Assembly: GCF_006345805.1 (NCBI RefSeq) | Contig: NC_043013.1 | Location: 31,062,001 to 31,126,000, forward strand | DNA from: Octopus sinensis | Lineage: Eukaryota | Reading direction: 5' to 3' | DNA length: 64,000 nucleotides | Shown: piece by piece, positions 52,411 through 64,000 of the stretch | Numbering within the stretch: the stretch's first letter is position 1 | How the letters are laid out: every line of letters begins with the position of its first letter | Position numbers and translations under genes: made by a program | Notes under the pieces: generated by a model | What the model saw: the letters and a program-made list of their open reading frames with translations, nothing else | Told to the model about the DNA's origin: nothing | Databases searched by the model: none

Positions 52411-54554
52411 TACTGAATCAATACCAGACGCACCAAACCAAATGCGATGTAATGCAAAAAATTATTGTGGTATGCAAATGCATTTGTACATTCTCAATGG
52501 CAATGGAACACAAAAATCAGGACCGCGTAGCAGCAGTTGTCTTCAGCTTTACAATAGAATCGCAGAAACTGTTGAATGTTAATTGTTATAATAATGATTA
52601 TCTAAAATGCTTCCGTTGTATAGTCCTTTTAGGAGTATAGAATCGTTTATACGTATCAGCTCTGGTTTGATGTGCATTTCGTATGCGTATTTGTCGTTTT
52701 GCCCCCCGAGTGTTTCGTCTCTTTTTCGTCCATTTTTTTTTTGTTTGAAATAGGTGAGATGCGAGTTGTGTATTGTGTATATTATGGTTTAGATGCACGT
52801 ATTCTATCTACGTGGAAATCCTGTTTTCCCTTTAACGTACCGGAGAACAATTATTTAGAGTATGTAACTTTTGTACGCCATTAAATTATTGAACATTAAT
52901 TGTGAAGCCTATAAATTGCATGAAACGTTGATCGTATGTGTTATTTTATTGAGTGACAATGATTTAGAATAAGTCCAGCATGAATTATCCAGAATCTGTA
53001 ACTTTAGATTTATACTAATGGTTTCAATGTGTATCGTAATATCATGTATTCAATTTAGCATTTTCTTTTGGGAACGATGTGTACAGTTTCCGTGTTTGTT
53101 TTCATCAAACATTGTAAGCAATTTATTATTTGCCCTGTGCCTACTGTTATATCGCGGTTCTGACTTATTTCCATTAAAAAAAAAAAAACATCTGCTTTGT
53201 ATCTTGAACTCTTTCCGATTTATCTTTTAGGGCAGACCGGATCGAGATATCCCTCTCAGTACAAAAAACATTGTTTGTTTGATAATCGTCATGTCGGGAT
53301 GGCTCACCTGAAATGTGACAGACATTTCCAAATTTAATATAGCCGCATCGTTGCTATAAATCTTTTGGATACGTATACCTCTTAGTTTTAAAATTTAAAT
53401 ATCAAATTGAATGTGTATGTGTAGATATTCTTACTTTTCAAGTTCTGAATAGCTTCAAGCGAAGTGGTCGTTTATTTACTTTCCTCAATTTATCATGGTA
53501 GAACGATGATTGTCTCTTATTTTATAGCTTATTGTGGCTATACAATGATCACGTATTTGTCAAAAGTGACCTAACTTTTTGGAGTCTTGTCTATAATTCT
53601 CTGGCCAATAATGGTTTTAACACTAGTACTTTTCCTCATCGTTAGGTTGTGTAATCTATTGCTCATTGAATCGGTAAGATTCGGAAGTCTGGTTTGATTT
53701 GTATTTATTTTTACATTTCATTTCTTTTTACTTTAGACAAAGCTTTTCCTATTTTTAGTTAACTTTAAGTTTGTAATTTACTGTTTACTCAAACACAATG
53801 AAAGGTGTTATGTTTTCCTCAATTCTAGCCAAATTCCTGAGCTAAAGGACGGCAATTAGAAATAATTTCGTGCATTGGGAAAATGTTCCTTAAATAGGAG
53901 CAATATTTACAAATTTAACAACACCGAATACGCGGCTAACATAAACACAAATTACAGCACTAAGAGCAAAAATCAATAAAAGGTATGTCCACAACTCGGA
54001 TGATATCTGCAACTACAGAGACGACGCAACAAGGGAGCATATACTTTCAACCACATAGCACTCACAAAACAAAGTGTGCAAAACAAACGCCGAAAAGCAT
54101 CGGTAATTAATAATGGCTCATATACAACTGATCCCAATTAAAACACTTGGCAGCTATAATAGAAACGATATTCTTACAGGCGTTGAAATAAGGCTTGCCC
54201 TGTATAAAAGGACTACAAATGAAATTACACTGTAAATAGCCGTGCTACAAACGAGGAAACCGTTGCAATAAAAGGTAAACTGCTGAAAAGATAAACAAAT
54301 AATTTTTTATGATTCAGTGTAGTGCTCTAAGACTTGTAAATGTTTATGACAACCTAAAGTCTTAATTATAGAAACTTAGCATTCGTGATTGTAACAAGAT
54401 GAGTAAAAGTGCACTTTCGACGGCTCTTGTATTTGTGTGGGATTTAAATTATAATGGAAAGGTGAACTTGCCCTAAATCTGCTCGGGTATTTCAGAACAT
54501 GTTACAGTTATGAAATGTTTTTTCCAGAATTATGGCATGCATACTACATACGTT

Positions 54555-54559
<5 letters not shown>

Positions 54560-54586
<27 letters not shown>

Positions 54587-54624
54587 TGTATGTATGTATG
54601 TATGTATGTATGTATGTATGTATG

Positions 54625-54680
<56 letters not shown>
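54560..54680. repeat. (TATG)n microsatellite
   Basis: Seen directly. Confidence 0.95.
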
Positions 54681-54683
<3 letters not shown>

Positions 54684-55262
54684 TTATAACTTATAATTTT
54701 ACGGAACAGTACACGCTCCATTGTACTAATCGTCGTTTGTGATGTTTTGACCAACCGCATTCAAGGTGTTACTTCTTTTTATTTTATGGTGGGAGAATTA
54801 TAAGCAGTTTTCAAATATTCTCACGTCAAACGTTGTAGCCAGCATTGATTCCGATCTGAAAGAATTTCTACCTGTAACGTTGTCAGGTAGTTTTGGAAAA
54901 CAAAGAAACTTACTACAACTTCCGTTAAAATTGAAGGATAGCTTACATGGCAGACTCCGATTTGGACTCTTCGCCAAGACAACTGTGAACCGCATTCACT
55001 GCTTTAACCGTCCACAATTAAAATGCAATTTCCTGGTGGCTCTTCCGGCAGAGTTACTAAAATGGATGCGGTCGGAATACCGGGAAACTGATATTTTGCT
55101 CCAACGATCAAATGCATATTTTAAAGTCAGGATTGACGCAAAAAACATTCTAAACACGAAGTATGCTTCGCAGCAGCAGAGCACGTGCGTGGGTGTCGTA
55201 GGTGAAGGAGGTACAGATGAAAAATACCAATATTCTGGGTTCTCGTAACAGAAAGCATTTAT

Positions 55263-55336
55263 CTGAAAAGTAAAACCTTTTGGAATTTATTTGTAAATCC
55301 ACATATCTGTAACACATACACAGACACGCACACACG

Positions 55337-55381
<45 letters not shown>

Positions 55382-55760
55382 ACATACTCACCTGCAAAGA
55401 CACAAACAAGCCTACTCGAACACCAGCAAACACACACATACATACAAACTCACACACAAACACAAATAAGTGTACACAAACACAAATAAGTGCCCACTGG
55501 CATACACACATAAGCACATGCATACAAACACACACACTAACATACTAAGTGGAATCAAAAGTGTATCGAGACTGATACTATAAAAAAGATAACTACAGCA
55601 CACAGAATTCGACATTTACTCCTCTTTGAATTAGTCCCCGGCTGAAGCTACGAACTGTATCCAGCGTCGGCTCCATGCGCAACATGGATCAACGTAAATG
55701 TGTGTCTCGCGACTTCACCCTGCTTACCTTAGTTCCGTTAGTATAGCAACATCCTCCATA
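55263..55760 (-). other. Candidate intron (55727-55263) downstream of a short exon (55760-55728)
   Basis: Minus strand AAG|GTAAGC donor and TTTTACTTTTCAG| acceptor; no recognisable protein. Confidence 0.3.
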
Positions 55761-56888
55761 CTGTTTAATCAGACATCGTACATTTATAGAGTATTAATAT
55801 TCGCTATGTCCTTATCATATACACAGGAATATTATGTTGCGGTTCTATTTTGTAATGAAAATAGTAATGGATTGGCAAAATGTATTCCATAGAATAATCG
55901 CCAGATTTGTACCTGGTTTATACGTTCTTAGTTGAAATTTCGCCAGTTTCAATTTTTGATTTTTGTCCTTGGGCTGTCGGTAAAATAAAGACCCTGCCAA
56001 GCAATTAGAACGATACTGAGCTGTTTCTCTTCTCGTATATCTCTAGCCATGGCCCTATCTATGCAGTTATTTTGCTGTTTATCGACCCCTGTGAAAATGC
56101 CTTGCATCGCGTGTTCGGCTTTTTGCGTTCTTAAATCAAATCCTGCCGCAGTTGAGCTTGTTCGTAATGACTTCCAGTGTCATTAAAATGAAATACTATA
56201 TAAGTTGGTTTGAGTGGGTGATGCTCTCTCACCAAACATCAGAATTGACAAAAATCATTGAACACTCGGAAAAATTTCTTGTGATATTTATTCCTGCTGT
56301 TTCTGATCCATATGCAAATCTTGCCTCTCATTCTTTCGGAGTGATTAACTTACGTACTAGTCAAATAGTGAGACGAAAGAAATGAAGAAATCTCTTCTTC
56401 AAATTGCTGGGCTAAAATAGAAGCTGCCATTATAAGGCAGTGAGTTAGTAAAATCTTGAGAGCACCAGAAAGACTGTCTTGCGGTTTGTGCTCCAGCTCT
56501 GGTCATCCTGATTTCAAATCTTGCTGAGATCAACTTGGTGAGATGTTGGTAAAATTCCAGCAAAGTAGTACTGTGGATATTATAAACAAACCACGGACGT
56601 TGGTGATGTTCTGGCTCGATCAGAATTTTTTTTCTTCCTCTCCTTCTTCTTCTTCTTCTTCTTCTTCTTCTTCTTTCTTCTTCTTCTTCTTCTTCTTCTC
56701 CTCTTGTAGTAGTAATAGTAGTAGTAGTAGTAGTACTATTACTACTACTACTACTACTACTACTGCTGTGGCTGCTGCTGCTGCGGCTGCTGCCGCTGCT
56801 ACTAACACTACCACTACTACTACTAATAATAATAATAATACTGCTGCTGCTACTACTATTGAATAAACAGTATTTAATAGTAGTACTA

Positions 56889-58350
56889 TTAAATAGACAG
56901 TATTTTACGTACGATATTTGCAGTTCCTATGAGCACGGCCTTTTGAATTTCTGCTGGGGTTTCCTGGTATCTGAGCTAGGTATGAATCGGCACCTGAATT
57001 TGCTATCATTCCTAGGGCACCTGTGATAACACGTATTATTTTAGTTTTGAGGTTCCACATTATGCCAATTTTTATTTCATGATCTTTATACTTGCTCAGA
57101 TTTTGGTAGGTTTTGACAGATACGTCTATGTCGATTGCGACGGTCATATTAATGGGGAGGCTTGATTTTTGTCTGAAGTTCTTCAATATAATGGCCTATT
57201 CGCATCTATATATCTGTTAGTTTGAACGGTGATGTTCCAGAGGAATAAGATGTGATCATTTTCAAGCACTGGATTTGGTTTGCGTTCCTCACAGTTTATT
57301 ACATGGGGCAGGGCCAAGATTTTGCAAATTACCCAGTGAATATATTGTGCATCTGCACAATATATCATGCCTGTTGAGATACGCTGTTGACGCAAGAAGA
57401 CTGCACATGGGGATATGATCAATAGTTTCATTTTGTTGTTTTCACACACGATATGTTGGGCTACTGCCGGTCATTAATATGTTGGCCTGGTAGTTCCTTG
57501 TAGGTAGGCATTGATTTTGGGCAGCTATGATAAACCCTTCTGTTTCTGATTTTACGCCAGAAGCCACTAGCCATTGAAGGGTAAGGGCTTTGTCAATACT
57601 GGCATTATTTGCTCTCTTTGGGTATTTGCCATTGGGAGGTTCGTCTTGACATTTATCAGTAAGAATATCTAAGGCAGCAGTTTTAGCACAGGTTTTCATA
57701 GACTTAGCTTTTACTGTGATTTGTTGCATTTGGAATTCACGTAGTCATTTATTTACCTGCTTTTCAGGTAGGTGTCTAGGCCAATTATGGCAATCTTCGT
57801 TGTTAATTCCAGTGTAAAAGACCACGGCCACCCTCTTTTCTTAGCAAGGAAAGTAGTTCTATAGCTGCCTTAGGGTAGTGTATTCTATTCATTGTCAACA
57901 ATTTACGTATTTTTCTGTCAAGATTATACATTTTAGAAATTGACCAGTTAATGATGTTGAAACTATAAGTCACGACCGGTATGGCAGGATCGCTTCGATC
58001 CTGTTTCTTGCATTCAGCTCTGTCTTGAGCATTGCCGTTACCCTGCAACAACATTCTTTTCTGATCCTTTCCCTCATCATTGAATGTTTGATTCCATCAC
58101 CTTCAAATACCCCTAGGCATTTGTAACTCTCCACTGGTTCTAACACTTTTATGGCATTCTGTTAGTCAAGATTAACGTTAGAGGTTTCTATCATTTTTTC
58201 TTTGATAAAGGTAACTTTTGCACACTTATCGGAGCGAAATTGCATTCTGATGTCATCACTCAATTGTTTAATAGTTGCTAGTAAATCCTGTAGTCGTTGG
58301 TCATATTTTAAAAAGAGTTTTAAATTATCCATGTAAAAGTGATTGATTAT
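56889..58350 (-). pseudogene. Degraded, internally deleted R4/Dong-like element (RT C-terminal half + RLE)
   Basis: HFYMDNLKLF, SETEGFIIAAQNQCLPT, IDANRP, KYKD, VITGALG, collinear with 60538-62100. Confidence 0.88.
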
Positions 58351-58379
58351 CATCATCATCATCATTATCGTTATTATTA

Positions 58380-59036
58380 GGAACAAGCTTTACGCACTAG
58401 CTCAGTCGTGTAGCATTGACAGTAGTATCCCGTTTGTGAAGACAACGTAGAGATCATCTGAGAGAGACATGTAACTATTGGATGCTTAAAACTAACCTAA
58501 TAGGATCACAAGAAATGCCATGAAAGAAATGAAAGCAGTGCGGGTACACAGGAAGTTGTGCAAGATGTTTTGGCTAGAATCTTCCAGCAAGTAGTATGAG
58601 CCTCAATCTCGTACAGTTGCAGGGAATTAACAGGTGATTCACAAGCGATATTCAAATATACATGGAGAAAAAGCTATAACATAACCGATTAGGTATCACT
58701 CTACTACTGTAGATGTCCAAAGTATGGGGTTTCATTGACATAGCTATATTAGCAGATCAGACTATTGCGAAGACAGAGAGCGAGATAATCGTGAAGTACA
58801 AAGATTCATGGTTGGGAACGAAAAGAATCCATGGCGCCTCAAGGTAATGTGGTACTTATTCCGATCGGTGCACTTTTGACTATCCCAAAGAGAGCAACAA
58901 TCTGATATCAAAAGCAGGACATACCTAACTTCTTAGGAAATATTTAGTCGACAACAATATTTGGAACAGCTCATGTGTTGAGTCTGTAAACTTCGGAATG
59001 GAGCTGAGACGTGACGTTGATATATTAGAATTTAAG

Positions 59037-59038
<2 letters not shown>
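58380..59038 (+). pseudogene. Degraded 3' end of an R4/Dong-like element of a different subfamily
   Basis: EQALRT, IDIAILADQTIAKTESEIIVKYKD; ends directly in (AAT)n. Confidence 0.65.
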
Positions 59039-59108
<70 letters not shown>

Positions 59109-59120
59109 TAATAATAATAC

Positions 59121-59335
59121 ATTCAAATGTTGGTACAAGGCCAGTAAGTTTAGGAGTAGGGGACTAATCGATTACATCGAACCCAGTGCATAACTAGTAA
59201 CTACTTTTATCGACCCCGAAAAGAATGAAAAGCAAATCGACTTCGGGGAAGTTTAAACTCAGAAGTCAGAACGTAGACACAGACGAAATTCTGCTCGGCA
59301 TCTTGTCCGCAGCGCTAAAGATTGTGCCAGCTCGA
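59121..59335 (-). mobile_element. SINE family B (tail B)
   Basis: Collinear with 43187-43395. Confidence 0.78.
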
Positions 59336-59342
59336 TGTCATA

Positions 59343-59422
<80 letters not shown>

Positions 59423-59470
59423 ACTACTACTACTACTACTAATAATAATAATATTAATGATAATAACAAT

Positions 59471-59510
<40 letters not shown>

Positions 59511-60325
59511 GCAACAACAGAGAGAAGCAATTTTTCACCTTCTTAATCTTCATTGTTACATTACCATTGTTTCCTTACCATTATGATGAAGTGGTATTAT
59601 TGATATCATCAAAATGATTTATGAGCTTATCATCGTTGCATTTGTTATTTTCGTTGAGGTTGGTAGGATTGCTAATAACAGCTGTAACATTAATCACGTG
59701 GTGTTTTTTTTTTATATCACTCTTCACCATAATCGTTATTATATTTATTACATTAAATCAGACAATTTGATGTCATATTTTTTTTTTTTTTTTGGTTATC
59801 TAATCAGAAAAAAAATGTTAGTTTTTGTTCGTAAATGTGTTTCATTGCTTCTATTTAAATATTTTCTGTACTTTTTTGTATGTGTTGTTTGGTTTGTAAA
59901 CATGTAGGCTTGTAATCAGTGGAAACACATTAATAAGAAATGGTTGATTTGACTTGCCATGCGATTGGCTCAATTCGTATCAATAGATTTGAACAAACAA
60001 ATCAAAATCATATAAAATAAACTGAAAAAGAAATAAAATACTTAGTCTTGTTCTTTCAGTTGGTTACTAAAAGTAAGGAAATGTTTTCCTCTAGTGCCTG
60101 TAGGTCATGCCTGTAAATGAACAATTTAATGCCTATTCGGAACATACTTCACTCGTCGGCACTTAATAAGAACATTCTCGGATAAATGCCGAGTTAAAAC
60201 ACTCAAAACCTATATTCTATGACTACGTAAGTAGTGAACTTATTCTGTTTCTCGTTCAAAGATATCTCAAAAATATCAGCCTTTATATTCATATTATCAT
60301 TATTATTATTATTATTATTATTATT

Positions 60326-63180
60326 CTATGTTTGACTTTTGCTTTATATTTGTACAAGTTGGCTCCAAGTCTCACCCAGAGACCTCAAGAGACAACAGGG
60401 TTGGAAGTTCATGTTGTTTTTATGCCTAGTGTGCCATATATTTGGGGGGTGGGGGTGTTGTACTAATGAATGTCTAAAAAAAGTTTTTTTTTTGTTTTTT
60501 TTTAAACCGAAAATTATGTTTGTTTTAAACCTTGAGATTACATAGAAAGTATTTTGCGTAGGATATGAGCAGTTCCCATGAGCACTATCTTTTGAATTTC
60601 TGCCATTTTTGGGTTTCCTGGTATCTGAGTTAGGTAGCTATCAGCCCCTTTTGCTATCATTCCCAGGGCACCTATGACAACGGGTATTGTTTTAGTCTTC
60701 AGGTTCCACATTTTGCTGATTTCTATTTCCAGATCTTTATATTTGCTCAGTTTTTGGTAGGTCTTGACAGATACGTTTATATCGATTGGGACAGTCATAT
60801 CAATGAGGAGGCATGTTCTTTGTTTGAAGTCTTTCAACATGATGTCTGGCCTATTTGCATCTATCTTTCTGTCAGTTTGAATGGTGAAGTTCCAGAGGAG
60901 TGAGATGTGGTCATTTTCAAGCACTGGGGGTGGTTTGTGTTCCCACCAGTTTTTTTCATGGGGCAAATCCAGGTTTTTACAGATTACCCAGTGAATATAT
61001 TGTGCAGCTCTATCGTGCCTGTTGAGATACTCTGTAGGCGCTAGAAGACTGCACTTGGAGACCACATGGCCAATGGTTTCATTTTGTTGCTTGCATACAC
61101 GACACGTTGGAATGCTTCTGATCTTTAATATGTTGGCCTGGTAGTTTCTTGTTGGTAGGCATTGATCTTGAGCTGCTATGATAAACCCCTCTGTTTCAGA
61201 TTTTAAGCCAGAGGCCATTAGCCATTGATGGGTCAGGGCTTTGTCAACATCTGCATTATTTGCTCTCTTTGGGTATTTGCCATTGAGAGGTTTTTCTTGC
61301 CATTTATCATTCAGAATATCTAAGGTCGCAGATTTAGCTCGGGTTTTCATGCGCTTAGCTTTTTCTGTGCCTGTTTCTTGTATGTCTATCTCTAATTCCG
61401 AAATTTGTTGTATTCGGAATTCACTTAGATATTCCTTTGCCTAGTGAGTATGATGCTTTCTTGTTTTCATGTTTTGAGACAAGTTTTAACATCCAGTCCT
61501 CAGAGTTTTTCAGGTAGGTGTCTAGGCCAATTGTAGCAATCTTCATTGTTATTGCCAGTTGTAAAAGTCCACGGCCTCCCTCTTTTCTTGGCAGATAAAG
61601 TCGTTCTGTAACTGCATTAGGGTGGTGCATTCTATGTATTGTCAACAGTTTTCGTATTTTTCTGTCAAGATTACATATTTCAGTAATTGACCAGTTAACG
61701 ATATTGAAACTGTGAGTCACGACTGGTATGGCTAATGCATTGATCGCTTCGATCCTGTTTCTCGCATTCAGCTCCGTCTTGAGTATTGCTCTTACTCTGC
61801 GATAGCATTCTCTCCTGATCCTTTCCTTCATCTCTGAATGCCTTATTCCTTCTCCTTCAATTACCTCTAGATACTTGTAGTTCTCTGCTGGGTCTAATTC
61901 TTTTATGACATTCTGCTGGTCAAGGTTAACGTTAGATGTTTCTGTCATTTTTCCTTTGATAAAGGTAGCTTTTGCGTACTTATCGAGGCCAAACTGCATT
62001 CTGATGACATCACTGAATTGTTTGACAATCGCTAGTAAGCCCTTGAGTTGTTGGTCACTTTTTGCAAAGAGCTTTAAATCATCCATGTAAATGAGATGAT
62101 TTATATTTTTATCAAACTTATATCCGTACTGCGCGTCATTGAGCAGTTTTGAGAGAGGTATTAAGGCTAAACAGAAGAGGAGCGGTGATAGTGAGTCACC
62201 CTGGAAAATGCCACATGAAATTTTTACATCACCAGCATTTAGAGATTCATTATCACTGTTCAAAGTTAGTGTGGTTCTCCATGATCTCATACTTACAGAC
62301 AAAACGTTTCGCAGAGCAGGTGCTATCTTATACATTTCTAGGCATTCCCTAATCCAGCTATGTGGTAGGCTATCAGAAGCCTTTTTATAGTCTATCCAGG
62401 CTATTGATAAGTTTTTGTGTCGTTTGTGACAATCTTCTAAGATCATCTTATTGATGAGTAGTTGATCTTTACAACCGTAGGATCCACGTTTACATCCTTT
62501 CTGTTCATTAGGGAATATGCTGCTGTCTGTCAAGAAACTATAGGTATATTCCGTCAGGACAGATGTTAGTGTTTTATACATAGTTGTTAAGCAGGTTATG
62601 GGTCCATAGTTTTTGGGGTCATTTGTTTCTTCACTTTTTGGAAGCAGGAATGTTAACCCATTAACTAGCCAAGGAGGCATACTACTAGGGTGTTGCAAAA
62701 CATAATTGTAAAGTTCTGTTAGCAGTTCATGGCTCTCTGGGAAGGCATTCAACCAAAAGTTAGGGATTTTATCCTTTCCTGGAGACTTCCATTTGCTTGA
62801 CCTCCTGAGAGCAGATCTTATATCTTCTACCTTGACACCCTCCCACTTTTGCTCTTCTAAGGAGTCCAGTTCTTTAGATATTCTATCAATCCAGAGGGCC
62901 TTTTCGCTGTGTGTTTTTTCTTCTGCCCAAATTTTATTCCAAAATCCCTGCACTTCTTCTTTTGATGGTACAGACTTTACAGTAACTGTTGTTTTTCCTA
63001 TCTTCCTGTAAAAATTTTTGGGGTTATTTTTGAACATGTTGTTGTCCCTGAAGAATCTAATACGCTTTTCATACCTCGCTATGCGGGCAGCTTTAGCAGA
63101 TACCTTTTGCTTGATGGTTTCTATGGTGGCATCAATATCAAGTATAGTTTTCATATTATATTTTTTCATTAGTTTTTGGG

Positions 63181-63182
<2 letters not shown>
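60326..63182 (-). mobile_element. R4/Dong-clade non-LTR retrotransposon, 5'-truncated, inserted in (TAA)n
   Basis: RT and RLE domains; ~210-nt 3' UTR ending CAAACATAG|AATAATAAT; (TAA)n at both ends. Confidence 0.93.
60538..63169 (-). pseudogene. RT + CCHC knuckle + restriction-like endonuclease, one frameshift near 61430
   Basis: ORF 61421-63169: WIDYKKASDSLPH, GIFQGDSLSPLLF, YMDDLKLF, GGRGL. ORF 60538-61350: CRVC..ETIGHVVSKC, RHD, RPDIML, LIDMTVP, KLSKYKDL. Confidence 0.93.
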
Positions 63183-63242
<60 letters not shown>

Positions 63243-63244
63243 CA

Positions 63245-63278
<34 letters not shown>

Positions 63279-63336
63279 CATTATCATTGTTATTATTATT
63301 GTTATTATTATTGTTATTATTATTATTATTATTATT
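63183..63336. repeat. (TTA)n spacer between tandem R4/Dong copies
   Basis: Seen directly. Confidence 0.95.
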
Positions 63337-63801
63337 CAATGTTTGACTTTTGCTTTACATTTGTACAAGATCGCTGCACGTCTCACCCAGAGACCTCAAG
63401 AGACAAGTTGGAAGTTCGTGTTGGTGTTATGCCTGGGGTACAATATATTTGGTTTTGTACTTAGTGTTGTACTAGTAAATGTTTAAGAAACCATAAGAAA
63501 AGTATGTTTGTTTTAAAACTTGAGAGTACATAGAAAGTATTTGCGTAGGATATGAGCAGTTCCCATGAGCACTATCTTTTGAATTTCTGCCATTTTGGGG
63601 TTTCCTGGTATCTGAGTTAGGTAGCAATCAGCCCCTTTTGCTATCATTCCCAGGGCACCTATGACAATAGGTATTGTTTTAGTTTTCAGGTTTCACATTT
63701 TGCTGATTTCTACTTCAAGATCTTTATATTTGCTCAGTTTTTGGTAGGTCTTGACAGAGACGTTTATATCGATTGGGACAGTCATATAAATGAGGAGGCA
63801 T
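63337..63801 (-). mobile_element. Short 5'-truncated R4/Dong copy (RLE C-terminus + 3' UTR)
   Basis: Highly similar to 60326-60812; 3' end CAAACATTG|AATAAT; (TAA)n at both ends. Confidence 0.92.
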
Positions 63802-63821
63802 TTTTATTATTATTATTATTA

Positions 63822-63885
<64 letters not shown>

Positions 63886-64000
63886 CATTATTATTATTAT
63901 TATTATTATCGTTGTTGTTGTTGCTGTTACTGTTGTTGTTATTGATTATCACCATACTAGAATTTATTTTGGAAGCTTCTTGGGTGTGATTCTTGTAAGC

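Overview
AT-rich, repeat-saturated eukaryotic DNA, most likely cephalopod (Octopus-like). That assignment is inferred from the microsatellite load and from tRNA-headed SINE families that resemble octopus SINEs as I recall them; no database search was possible. No intact host protein-coding gene is visible, and most listed ORFs are microsatellite artefacts. Supported content: three Tc1/mariner remnants plus a mariner MITE; at least three tRNA-derived SINE families in many copies; a Helitron-like element; up to seven R4/Dong-like RT-RLE retrotransposon fragments anchored in trinucleotide microsatellites (one nearly intact, 60326-63182); and a 5'-truncated Penelope-like element (GIY-YIG remnant) bracketed by 420-bp inverted repeats, each with a type I hammerhead ribozyme motif. 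Most interesting: (1) a tRNA-headed element ending in a Penelope-type hammerhead tail and preceded by an inverted copy of that tail (15441-16407), a candidate Penelope-mobilised SINE; (2) a SINE tail variant that always inserts next to NGTATT, including into its own head, which would explain its tandem multimers. A few orphan canonical splice signals hint at host exons.
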